DNA of 40,021 bases, from the NCBI GenBank assembly GCA_036338595.1, contig JAYZBV010000075.1, positions 1 to 40,021 of the forward strand, in the 5' to 3' direction. Within the stretch, counting starts at the first letter, position 1. Every line of letters starts with the position of its first letter. Made by a program: the position numbers and the translations under genes. Origin of the DNA: Planctomycetota bacterium. Lineage in GTDB: Bacteria; Planctomycetota; UBA8108; UBA1146. Positions 16,932 through 25,872 of the stretch are shown here, piece after piece. The notes beneath the pieces were generated by a model. That model was not told the origin of the DNA and ran no database searches. It worked only from the letters and a program-made list of their open reading frames with translations.

Positions 16932-18125
16932 GTGATGCCGATCGAGGACCCCACCTCGATTCCCACCGATCCCACGGCCGTGGGATCCGCCCGCGAGGGC
17001 GTGGTTGACCGCTGGCGCATCTCTCTCTCATCTCCTGACATCGATCATGACGATCGTGCTGCCGTCGATCGAGTGCTGTGTAGCGGCCGACTCGCTGGAG
17101 GTCCTGCCACCGAGCAACTGGAACAACTCGCCTCCGACACCTTTGGCCGACCGACCGTCTCCTGCAGCAGTGGCACCGCAGGCCTGATCCTGGCATTGCG
17201 TGCTCTCGATATTTCAGGGGGAGAGGTGATCACTCCGGCGCTCGGATTCATCGCCACGGCCCACGCCATCCGTGCCGTCGGCGCCACGCCTCGCTTCTGC
17301 GATGTCGACCCCGAGACGCTCTGTGCTGGAGTCGAGCAGCTGGAAGCGGCGTGGAGTGAAGAGGTCAGCGCCGTGATTCCGGTCGATCTGCTCGGAGTCC
17401 AGGTGCCCATCGATGGCATCGTCGAGTGGGCGAAGCATCGCACGGTCCCGGTCATTGAAGATGCCTGTGAAGCGCTCGGTTCTCGGCACGGCGACCGTCC
17501 CTGCGGTGCCACCGCCGACGCCGCCGTGTTTGGCTTTTACCCCAACAAGATCATCACGATGGGCGAGGGTGGGCTGGTCAGCTGTCGCGATCAGGCTCTC
17601 GCTGATCGCGTGCGGCAACTGGCCAATCAAGGTCGCACCGGGGCCGGCTTCTGCTTCGAGGGGGAGGGCTACAACTTCCGCCTGACCGAGATGCAGGCGG
17701 CGCTCGGTGCCAGCCAGTGGCTTCGCCTCGACGCTCTGATCGAGCGACGGCAGCATCTGGCCCAGTTGTACCTGGAGCGGATCGAGGCGATCCCGGGAGT
17801 CATTCCTGCACCGGCACCGACCCGCATCGATGAGGGGGACCGCCGCAGCTGGTTCGCCTTCGTCGTGCTGCTCGAAGATTCTCGCTGGCGGACTCCGTTA
17901 CGCGATGCGATGGCCAAGCACGGCATCGAGACCGGTCTCTACTTCCCCTCCATCGCCACCTTTACTCCCTACGACGAGGCTCCCGCGGCAGCGCTTCCCG
18001 TCACCGATCAGATCTCGCCGAGGATGCTCGCGTTGCCGCTGCATCCGCGATTGAAGCCGGCCCAGATCGACGAGGTGGTGGCGACGCTGGAGGAATCGCT
18101 GGGGCGCATCCGGCTCGAGGCCTGA
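16932..18125 (+). CDS. DegT/DnrJ/EryC1/StrS-family sugar aminotransferase
   Basis: Motifs CSSGTAGL, VIEDACEALG, FGFYPNKIITMGEGG (PLP lysine), GYNFRLTEMQAALG and LALPLHP. Confidence 0.93.
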   Translation: MMPIEDPTSIPTDPTAVGSAREGVVDRWRISLSSPDIDHDDRAAVDRVLCSGRLAGGPATEQLEQLASDTFGRPTVSCSSGTAGLILALRALDISGGEVITPALGFIATAHAIRAVGATPRFCDVDPETLCAGVEQLEAAWSEEVSAVIPVDLLGVQVPIDGIVEWAKHRTVPVIEDACEALGSRHGDRPCGATADAAVFGFYPNKIITMGEGGLVSCRDQALADRVRQLANQGRTGAGFCFEGEGYNFRLTEMQAALGASQWLRLDALIERRQHLAQLYLERIEAIPGVIPAPAPTRIDEGDRRSWFAFVVLLEDSRWRTPLRDAMAKHGIETGLYFPSIATFTPYDEAPAAALPVTDQISPRMLALPLHPRLKPAQIDEVVATLEESLGRIRLEA

Positions 18126-18257
18126 CATCGGAGGGATCGGTCCCGAAGTGTCCAACCTGCCCTTGTTCCGCCGCCGTCAAAACGCCATCCTGTGCTGCTG
18201 GCCGCATCGAGGTGGCGGCACTGGATCATGATGGAACTGGAGCGATGAAGGATCGGT

Positions 18258-18331
18258 GGGTCCTTAGCTCAGCTGGTTAGAGCGACGGACTCATAATCCG
18301 TTGGTCGCAGGTTCGAGTCCTGCAGGACCCA
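18258..18331 (+). tRNA. tRNA with CAT anticodon, most likely tRNA-Ile2 (lysidine); elongator Met not excluded; CCA not encoded
   Basis: Acceptor stem GGGTCCT/AGGACCC; D-arm TAGCTCAGCTGGTTAGAGC; anticodon arm ACGGA-CTCATAA-TCCGT; T-arm GCAGG-TTCGAGT-CCTGC; discriminator A. The paired 1-72 and absence of three G-C anticodon-stem pairs rule out the initiator tRNA. Confidence 0.95.
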
Positions 18332-18410
18332 CACTTTTTTCACCACTCCCATCAGGGAGTGACAAACATCCTGCGTCGCCAGCAGAGCGATCCTGCAGGA
18401 CCCACACTTT
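18318..18410 (+). repeat. 20-bp exact direct repeat of the tRNA 3' end (att-like)
   Basis: TCCTGCAGGACCCACACTTT at 18318-18337 and 18391-18410, separated by 53 bp. Confidence 0.92.
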
Positions 18411-18668
18411 CTTGCATTGCTCACTCGCGGCGTGGTTTCACCGACGACCATCTCGACGGTGCCAGTGACAACACCTAGCCATTTTCGTCCTTTCAAGGAG
18501 GTACGCTCCTACCAGCAGGCCACAAGTCTCTCGTGTGCCGATCCAGATGGCATGGAACCGGTCCAGATTGTGTCAACTGTGTGCGGCTTCAGGGTACACT
18601 ACCGACTGCTGCCCGCCCGAATGCACATGAATGGTGTGGCGTATCCCTGGATGATTAGGAACCTCAAC

Positions 18669-19568
18669 ATGAATCGATCGATAGTCAGCGATCTCCTGCT
18701 GGTGAATCTCTGTGCGCTGGTATGCATCTTCGGCTGTGATATCGGCAAATCGCCGGGCGATCCTGCTGCGGATGCCGTGACACCGAAGGCACCTGTGGAG
18801 CAACTCGAGTCGCTCACCTTCGGCATCGTTCCCCAGCAATCCGCCAGCAAGCTCGCACGCCTGTGGATCCCGATCATGCAGAAAGTGGGCGAGGATGCAG
18901 GAGTGAAACTGGTGTTCCAGACAGCCAAGGATATTCCAGAATTCGAGAAGCGTTGCAGAGATGGGGATTACAAGGTTGCCTACATGAATCCTTTTCACTA
19001 CACACAGTTCCATGAGGATCCCGGCTACCATGCGGTCGCCAAGCAAGAGGGCAAATTGATCCAGGGCATCCTGGTCGCTCGAAAGGGTAGCGGTTTGAGG
19101 GAGAATCTCACCGACTTGAATGGGAAGACGCTGGCCTTTCCCGCACCCGATGCATTTGCTGCCACGAAAATTCCGACCCGCGAGCTGGGGGCAATGAAAC
19201 CGAAGATAGAGGTCAAACCGGAATATGTCTCTTCCCATGATTCGGTGTACCGGGGCGTTGCCCAGGGGCTGTACATCGCAGGCGGCGGCATCCGGCGTAC
19301 CTTCAACAATGTCGAATCGTCGGTCTCCGCCCAGCTCGAAGTGATCATGGACACGGACAAGTACACTCCTCATGCCTTCGCCATCCATCCCGACGTCGAT
19401 GCCGAGACGAGGAAACGCATCGCACAGGCGTTGATCGGTCTCGGGGATTCAGAGGAAGGGCGTGCGTTGCTGGCAGGTATCAAGTTTGACGGCATCGAGG
19501 CTGCCGAGGACAGCGAGTGGCAGGACGTCCGGGATCTGAATATGGATCCGATCAATTTCGAGGATTGA
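18669..19568 (+). CDS. PhnD/PtxB-like phosphate/phosphite/phosphonate-binding lipoprotein
   Basis: Lipobox-like VCIFG-C; LTFGIVPQQS, AYMNPFHY, LAFPAPDAFAA, YVSSHDSVYRGV and YTPHAFA; start set at ATG 18669. Confidence 0.88.
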   Translation: MNRSIVSDLLLVNLCALVCIFGCDIGKSPGDPAADAVTPKAPVEQLESLTFGIVPQQSASKLARLWIPIMQKVGEDAGVKLVFQTAKDIPEFEKRCRDGDYKVAYMNPFHYTQFHEDPGYHAVAKQEGKLIQGILVARKGSGLRENLTDLNGKTLAFPAPDAFAATKIPTRELGAMKPKIEVKPEYVSSHDSVYRGVAQGLYIAGGGIRRTFNNVESSVSAQLEVIMDTDKYTPHAFAIHPDVDAETRKRIAQALIGLGDSEEGRALLAGIKFDGIEAAEDSEWQDVRDLNMDPINFED

Positions 19569-19602
19569 GTGAACTCTCTACCAGCGTCTGAAAGAGAGTG
19601 AT

Positions 19603-21831
19603 ATGTCTTTTCGCCTCAAGACCGTCATTGGAATTGCGGCCATCGAAGGTTTCCTGCTGCTGGTCCTTGTCTGGAGCAGTAGCAGTACCCTTGAGGAATC
19701 GACCCAGAAGGAACTCGATAAGCGCGGAGCGACGGCGCTGAAGTTGCTGGCGACCACCGCCCGAGACGACATCCTGACAAAAAATGTCGCGACCCTGCTC
19801 GATTTCGTCAGGGCTGTGGTGGAAAACGAGGGGTTTGTCTACGCGCGCATCAGTGGTCTTGATGATGTAGAACTCGCCAGTGCAGGAGATGAGGAATTAC
19901 TCTCCCAGGTGCGAGAAGAGGATATACGAGCCTCGGATGTCGATGACGAAGTCTATGACCTGAAAGAAGTGTTGCTCGAGTCAGTGACGCCGATCGGATT
20001 GATCGAACTGGGAATCTCCACTGCCGAACTGGAGAGTATCCGTGAGCAGTCGCTACAACGGCTCGGTCTGATCGCCGGCATCGAGATGATCCTGGTGGCG
20101 ATGTTTTCACTGATGCTGGGGCAGTACCTGACCCGCGAACTGGCGCGACTCGAGGATGCTGCACGAACCGTGGCCAGCGGAGCACTGGGACATCAGGTGG
20201 AGGTGGCAGGAACAGACGAGATCGCTCGCACCATCCGCAGTTTCAACGACATGTCCCGGCGCGTTCAGGATTCCTATCACGAACTGCAGCAGAGTGAAAC
20301 GCTCTATCGTTCGAGCCAGCAACGGCTGGACGGACTGGTGGCGTCGCTTCTCGAGGGTGTGTGCCTGATCGACGATCAGCACAGACTGCTGTTCGCGAAT
20401 CCAGCTGCGCGTGAGCAACTAGCCATGCTGGGGAACTCGAAGGTAGAGATCGATTCACCGCTGCGATTCCCCGACCTGGAGCCGGGACAGGTGCTCGTCC
20501 CCAGCGGCCGGGCAGCGTTCGAGATCGAGTGTTCAGTGGATTCGAGGCAACACTCCTTTGAACTCACCACGACGATGGTCCCCAACCAGCAAAGCGAAGC
20601 CAACGAGTGGGTCCTGGTGCTACGAGATGTCACCATCGAGCGCGAGACACAGCAGGAATTACAGGAGCATGAGCGGCTCGCCGCGGTTGGCCAACTTGCC
20701 GCAGGCATCGCACATGATTTCAATAACATCCTCACCGTCATCATCGGTTACACCGAACTCACGCTGCGCTCCGACACGCTGCCCGAGAGAGTTCGAGAAA
20801 ACATGGCAAATGTGCTCTTGCAGGGGGAGCGAGCCGCCGACCTCGTCCGTCAGTTCCTCGATTTCAGCAGGAAGGTCGATGCACAGCAGGAACGGATCGA
20901 TCTCAGTGAGTACATTCCGGCCGCCATGAAACTGCTGGACAAACTCGTCCCCAGTTCGATCGAGATCAAACAGGACGTGAAGGCGGATGGCTGTTGCATC
21001 GATTTCAATCCGACCAAGTTTCAGCAAATACTGGCGAACTTGCTTCTCAACTCCGTCGACGCGATGCCCTCGGGAGGCACCATCACCATACAGACCCGGA
21101 GGCGTGATGACCCTGTGGATCCAGCAGCGTCCACCCTTCCTGGAGACAGTCGGGTCATTCTCAGCATCGAAGATTCGGGAATCGGTATGGCGTCCGAAAT
21201 CAAGGATCGAATTTTCGAGCCGTTCTTCACCACGAAGCCCGTCGGTAAAGGTACTGGACTGGGACTTTCACAGGTGTACGGACTGGTGACCCGCAATGGT
21301 GGAGAGGTGAAGGTCGAGAGTGAGCCCGGTAGCGGCACGTCAGTTAGGCTACTCTTGCCGGCGAGTAAAGAGGACCACTCGGAGCAGCGTGCGAATCTAC
21401 CGCGAGCCACATCGATTTCTTCCGATGATGAACAGTTGACCATTCTGGTGGTCGAGGATCAGCAAGAAGTGCTGGAAACCGTCGAGTGGATCCTCAATAC
21501 CCTCGGCTATCAAACCTTGACCGCATCGAATGGCGAGCAGGCTCTGGAGGTCTTCGAGCTCCATCGTGACGTGATTTCCGCCGTGATCAGTGATGTCATG
21601 ATGCCCATTCTCACGGGGAATGAACTGGCTCCGCGCCTGAGGGCGGAAGGGTTTGAGGGGCCGCTCATCCTGATGTCGGGGTACTTCGAAGCCGATGGTA
21701 TTGATCTGGATCAACGCAGCGAGTTGATCGACGGTTTTCTGCAGAAGCCGATCCGCATCGACGATATCAAGGAGGTGCTGACCCGTTGTCTCGGCGAAGA
21801 CTCATGGGATGATGAGTCCTTCGACTTGTAA
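19603..21831 (+). CDS. Membrane hybrid sensor histidine kinase (2 TM, HAMP, PAS, HisKA, HATPase, REC)
   Basis: HAMP DEIARTIRSFNDM; PAS FANPAA...LVLRDVT; H-box AAGIAHDFNNIL; FEPFFTTKPVGKGTGLGLS; receiver ILVVED...ISDVMMP...QKP. Confidence 0.95.
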   Translation: MSFRLKTVIGIAAIEGFLLLVLVWSSSSTLEESTQKELDKRGATALKLLATTARDDILTKNVATLLDFVRAVVENEGFVYARISGLDDVELASAGDEELLSQVREEDIRASDVDDEVYDLKEVLLESVTPIGLIELGISTAELESIREQSLQRLGLIAGIEMILVAMFSLMLGQYLTRELARLEDAARTVASGALGHQVEVAGTDEIARTIRSFNDMSRRVQDSYHELQQSETLYRSSQQRLDGLVASLLEGVCLIDDQHRLLFANPAAREQLAMLGNSKVEIDSPLRFPDLEPGQVLVPSGRAAFEIECSVDSRQHSFELTTTMVPNQQSEANEWVLVLRDVTIERETQQELQEHERLAAVGQLAAGIAHDFNNILTVIIGYTELTLRSDTLPERVRENMANVLLQGERAADLVRQFLDFSRKVDAQQERIDLSEYIPAAMKLLDKLVPSSIEIKQDVKADGCCIDFNPTKFQQILANLLLNSVDAMPSGGTITIQTRRRDDPVDPAASTLPGDSRVILSIEDSGIGMASEIKDRIFEPFFTTKPVGKGTGLGLSQVYGLVTRNGGEVKVESEPGSGTSVRLLLPASKEDHSEQRANLPRATSISSDDEQLTILVVEDQQEVLETVEWILNTLGYQTLTASNGEQALEVFELHRDVISAVISDVMMPILTGNELAPRLRAEGFEGPLILMSGYFEADGIDLDQRSELIDGFLQKPIRIDDIKEVLTRCLGEDSWDDESFDL

Positions 21832-21972
21832 TCATCCATCTCGGGTGGGGAAGGGTCCTTCCCTGTGAGGGATTGTGATGGTCCCGGCGGGATGGGTGCG
21901 TGGCAATTCCTGTTGGCGATGAGTGGGTGAGCGGTCAGGATGTTGCGCTCGTACTGTCGGAAGGATCTCACC

Positions 21973-22929
21973 ATGCGCGGTATCTACCTGGATCAAGGAA
22001 GGGTCACCCTGCGCGATGACCTGCCACGGGGGGATGTCTGCGATGACGAGGTACGGATCCGTCCGACACTGCTGGGGGTGTGCCGCACCGATCTGGAACT
22101 GATGGCGGGCTACTATCCCTTCATCGGGGTGATCGGCCACGAGTTCGTCGGCATCGTCGAGGAGGGGCCGGATCGGTGGCGTGGCAAGAAGGTGGTGGGC
22201 GAGATCAACGCCTCCTGTGGTCACTGTCTGCCGTGCCAGGCGGGCCGTCGAAACCACTGCCCGGAGCGCACCGTACTCGGCATCGTGGGTCGCCACGGAT
22301 GCTTTGCCGACTCCTTTCTGCTGCCGGCGAGGAATCTGCTGGAGGTTCCCGATGGTGTGCCCGATGAATGCAGCGTCTTCACCGAGCCGCTGGCCGCGGC
22401 GATGCGGATCCCGGAACAGATCGAACTGACGCCGTCCGTGCGCTGCCTGGTGGTGGGCGATGGTAGATTGGGGCAACTGGTGGCGCGGGTACTGTCGAGG
22501 CACGGCGTGGCGCTGACGGTGCTGGGACGTCACGAGCGCAAAATGGCCCTGCTGGCCCGGCTCGGTATCGAAACGACGCTCGATGCCCGGGCCATCGATG
22601 GGGGGCAGTTCGATGTGGCGATCGAGTGTAGCGGCAACTCCACGGGATTCGAGGCCGCCCGGCGGGCACTTCGGCCGATGGGGACGCTGGTGATGAAGAG
22701 CACCTATGCCGGTCAGTTGCAGTGCGACGCATCGGCACTGGTGGTCGATGAGATCGAACTGGTCGGTTCTCGTTGCGGACCCTTCGCTCCGGCGCTGTCG
22801 GCACTGGCGGATGGCAGCATCGACCCACGCGATCTGATCGACGAGGTGCGCGACCTGGGAGAGGGCCCTGCAGCGCTCTCGCGGGCAGCAGAGAAGGGAG
22901 TGTTGAAGGTGCTCATGAGGCCTTCCTGA
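21973..22929 (+). CDS. Zn-dependent medium-chain alcohol dehydrogenase (MDR family)
   Basis: Catalytic GVCRTD and GHEFVG; structural Zn site C-GH-C-LP-C...C; VVGDGRLG; start ATG 21973. Confidence 0.92.
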   Translation: MRGIYLDQGRVTLRDDLPRGDVCDDEVRIRPTLLGVCRTDLELMAGYYPFIGVIGHEFVGIVEEGPDRWRGKKVVGEINASCGHCLPCQAGRRNHCPERTVLGIVGRHGCFADSFLLPARNLLEVPDGVPDECSVFTEPLAAAMRIPEQIELTPSVRCLVVGDGRLGQLVARVLSRHGVALTVLGRHERKMALLARLGIETTLDARAIDGGQFDVAIECSGNSTGFEAARRALRPMGTLVMKSTYAGQLQCDASALVVDEIELVGSRCGPFAPALSALADGSIDPRDLIDEVRDLGEGPAALSRAAEKGVLKVLMRPS

Positions 22930-23045
22930 GGCGATTGGGGCCGATCTCGGCTGCCCAGAGGTGACCTCCATCGGCTCCGGGGGTGGACCAAGAGCCCGAT
23001 GGCATCGGATTCTTCTCCGGACAGATTCTCCGGAGGGAGTACGCC

Positions 23046-23624
23046 ATGAAGATTCGACCCTGGAAGCGCCTCGACGACCCTACCGCCACTTCCCCGAGCC
23101 GTGTCCTGGAACTGTGGGAAGTGACCCTTCAGCACGGCGAGAGTACGCCGCTGCTTGAGCATGCTTCCCAGGAGGAGATGGTGATCTCGCTGGAGGGGCA
23201 TGGACTGGTGCAATTGCGCGAGCAGCGGGTCGATCTACTGCCTGGCAATGCCGTGGTGGTTCCCGCCGGTACTCCCCATTCCATCCTCAATCGCTCCGGA
23301 CTCCCTCTTCGCGGTCTGACGGTGGCGATCCATCGACCCGGACTCGCTGCCTCCGCCTCCGCCGAAAAGGTCACGGCAGGGGATCTGGAGCAGTTGATCG
23401 AGTGCATCCCCGATCAGATCGACCGCCCGACCAGCCTCCAGTTCATCATCCAGCTCTTTGATACAGCGGGGCAGCTCTCCGAGCAGATCGATGAGGCGAT
23501 CGGCCTCGATACCGAGACGGGCCTGCGTACCCTCGAAGCGATCGAGGAGCAGGTGATGGACGCGATTCTTCGCATCGCTCACGCCTATGGTGGTGGATCG
23601 AACCTGTTTCCGAGACGCTTCTAG
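23046..23624 (+). CDS. Cupin-domain protein with a C-terminal acidic helical domain
   Basis: LEHASQEEMVISLEG and PGNAVVVPAGTPHSILN cupin motifs; GGAGGGAG Shine-Dalgarno before ATG 23046. Confidence 0.8.
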   Translation: MKIRPWKRLDDPTATSPSRVLELWEVTLQHGESTPLLEHASQEEMVISLEGHGLVQLREQRVDLLPGNAVVVPAGTPHSILNRSGLPLRGLTVAIHRPGLAASASAEKVTAGDLEQLIECIPDQIDRPTSLQFIIQLFDTAGQLSEQIDEAIGLDTETGLRTLEAIEEQVMDAILRIAHAYGGGSNLFPRRF

Positions 23625-23910
23625 CACCCTCTGGCGAGCCTCCAGCCACCTGGCCACCTCTATCCATCCAGGGGCTGACCTGGCGGGGTCTGACCGCTTC
23701 CGGCCCCAGAGGTCACTGGCCCCCATCCATCGCCCCGATACGCTGCTTTGACAGCGACCCCAAGGCAGTGCAAAATGGGGCTGGAGCCGGTGTCCCCTGG
23801 ATCCACCCGAGAGCCTCGATTGCTCCCTGTAGGTACCTCTGATGCCGGTGGTTTGGTCGGGAGATCGAGCCTCGTCATCCGCGATGAATCAGCGCTCTCG
23901 TGGCGCTGGG

Positions 23911-23940
23911 CTGGTACTGCGTGGGACTGGTACTGCGTGG
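23911..23940 (+). repeat. 14-bp direct repeat x2 with a 16-bp period, intergenic
   Basis: CTGGTACTGCGTGG at 23911-23924 and 23927-23940. Confidence 0.85.
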
Positions 23941-24060
23941 AGATGGCCAGGCGCAAGGATGGATCTGCGTGATCGGGTTTCGATCGCGTCTGCTTGTGAC
24001 CATTGCTTGTGACCATGGAATCGACGGGTCCAGTTTTTCCAGGAATGGAGTGGATACAGC

Positions 24061-24528
24061 GTGAAGCGTCTGACATCCGATCCGGGGTCAAATTGGAGTG
24101 CCAGGGCGAGGAGTGCCAGGGCGAGGAGTGCCAGGGCGATATGGGTATCGTTCGCGTGTGGCGTGACGATGCTGATTCTGCCGCTATTGGCGAGTGGCTG
24201 TGCCGGTGCACATCAGCCATCGTATCACCGAGCCGCTCCACAACCGAACGGGAAGACACCTGCCCAGCACGCACGGGCACAGGTGCAGTGGCTTCGTACA
24301 CGGGGTGGCGATCTGACTCCTGAGCAATTGCATCTGATCCAGCAGATTCCCTGGAACGCCGGGTCCGAGATGGACCTGACACGACAGCGGCTGCTGGAGC
24401 GAGGCAATTCCAGCCGAGCCGGAAGCGAAGAGTTCCAACGACATCGCGTACTCGGCAGGCCCAGAGTGATGGACGCGGCACGCGATGCGTTGCAACAAGA
24501 AGAAACGGGGGAGGACGGTTCCAGCTGA
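24061..24528 (+). CDS. Predicted lipoprotein of unknown function
   Basis: GTG start behind GGAG; n-region with SARAR repeats; hydrophobic core ending PLLASG-C. Confidence 0.65.
   Translation: MKRLTSDPGSNWSARARSARARSARAIWVSFACGVTMLILPLLASGCAGAHQPSYHRAAPQPNGKTPAQHARAQVQWLRTRGGDLTPEQLHLIQQIPWNAGSEMDLTRQRLLERGNSSRAGSEEFQRHRVLGRPRVMDAARDALQQEETGEDGSS
24096..24139 (+). repeat. In-frame 15-bp tandem repeat x3 in the signal-peptide n-region
   Basis: GAGTGCCAGGGCGAG twice plus GAGTGCCAGGGCGA, encoding SARAR-SARAR-SARA. Confidence 0.9.
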
Positions 24529-24659
24529 GCCACCCCGGGGGTCTTGAGAACCCATGAATTCGATGAAAATGATGATACGAACAACAGGCGAGAACATTTC
24601 CAGGGGGAATGAAGGCCACCGGCGAGACCCGGAATCACAGGCCAGGATGGAGGAATGAG

Positions 24660-25799
24660 ATGGTGGACAGACAACGCAAGACGCGCGCTTCAGCGAGCAA
24701 AAAATCGACCGATGCTGCTGAATCTTCGCTGACCGATTCAATCAAGGGACTCGACGCACAGCGCAAGCAAGCGCTCGACTTCGCTCTGCAGCAGATCCAC
24801 AAGAAATGTGGCCAGGGTTCGATCATGATGCTGGGGGACAAGGAGTCGAGAAGGGTCGATGTGATCAATACGGGATCACTATCTCTCGACAAAGCTCTGG
24901 GGATCGGTGGTCTGCCTCGTGCGAGAGTGGTCGAGGTGTATGGACCGGAATCCTCCGGAAAGACGACCCTGACCCTGCACGCCATCGCCAATGCCCAGAA
25001 GAATGGTGGCGTGGCAGCCTTCATCGATGCCGAACATGCGCTCGATCCCACCTATGCAGAGAAACTCGGCGTCGATCTGGAACACCTGCTCGTCTCACAA
25101 CCCGACAGTGGTGAGCAGGCGCTCGAGATCGCCGAGATGCTGGTGGCCTCGAGTGCCGTGGATATCGTCGTCATCGATTCGGTGGCAGCGCTGGTTCCGC
25201 GTGCTGAACTGGAAGGATCGATGGGGGATTCGCATATTGGCTTGCAGGCACGCCTGATGAGTCAGGCGCTGCGAAAGTTGACTGGCGTCATCCATCGTTC
25301 CAAGACCACCGTGGTCTTCATCAATCAGATCCGCGAGAAGATCGGTGTCATGTTTGGCAGTCCTGAGACCACCTCCGGTGGACGAGCGCTGAAGTTCTAC
25401 TCGTCGGTTCGTCTTGATATCCGCCGTATCGGTGCCATCAAGACCGATGGCGATGTGAGTGGGAACCGTACCGTCGTCAAGGTCGTCAAGAACAAGATGG
25501 CCCCGCCATTCCGGAAGGCCGAGTTCGACATCATATTCAATGTCGGGATCTCCTATCACGGAGACTTGCTCGACCTTGGTGTGGAGGAGGGACTGGTGAA
25601 CAGGGCGGGAACCTGGTACTCGCTCGGCAAGGAGCGGATCGGGCAGGGGCGTGAGCGCGCCGTCCAGTTCCTGAGGGATCATCCAGAACTCTCCGGCCGT
25701 CTCGATACCGAACTACGCCAGCGCTTCTTTGGAGATGGTGACGAGACCGGTGATAAGACCGGTGATAAGAAAACTGCGCCGGCAGAGGTGGAAGCCTAG
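24660..25799 (+). CDS. recA: Recombinase RecA
   Basis: [43 protein letters not shown] and [17 protein letters not shown]; start ATG 24660 behind GGAGG (alternative 24609). Confidence 0.99.
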   Translation: MVDRQRKTRASASKKSTDAAESSLTDSIKGLDAQRKQALDFALQQIHKKCGQGSIMMLGDKESRRVDVINTGSLSLDKALGIGGLPRARVVEVYGPESSGKTTLTLHAIANAQKNGGVAAFIDAEHALDPTYAEKLGVDLEHLLVSQPDSGEQALEIAEMLVASSAVDIVVIDSVAALVPRAELEGSMGDSHIGLQARLMSQALRKLTGVIHRSKTTVVFINQIREKIGVMFGSPETTSGGRALKFYSSVRLDIRRIGAIKTDGDVSGNRTVVKVVKNKMAPPFRKAEFDIIFNVGISYHGDLLDLGVEEGLVNRAGTWYSLGKERIGQGRERAVQFLRDHPELSGRLDTELRQRFFGDGDETGDKTGDKKTAPAEVEA

Positions 25800-25872
25800 A
25801 TCGATCGCAGTGGCCTGGTGGAGCGCCATCGGTGCTTCACGGGGATTGCCCGAGGAGAGGGAAAGGGAAACC

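Noticed and set aside
18411..21831. Intact genomic island or mobile element after the tRNA
   Set aside because: No integrase or transposase, and no distal copy of the att-like repeat seen in the window
21832..22971. 379-aa antisense ORF and similar long antisense ORFs elsewhere (for example 23660-24619, 18573-19388, 36249-37022)
   Set aside because: They lie opposite well-supported genes and lack motifs; typical of GC-rich codon bias
23671..24060. tmRNA (GGGGCTGA start)
   Set aside because: No T-arm or matching acceptor 3' end (GGTTCGA...CCA) downstream
24579..24596. LexA box upstream of recA (GAACA...GAACA)
   Set aside because: GAAC-N9-GAAC spacing fits neither the alphaproteobacterial N7 repeat nor the GAAC-N4-GTTC or TGTTC-N4-GAACA palindromes
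25745..25770. 12-bp duplication at the recA 3' end (GACCGGTGATAA x2)
   Set aside because: In-frame slippage in the variable C-terminal tail; no sign of function
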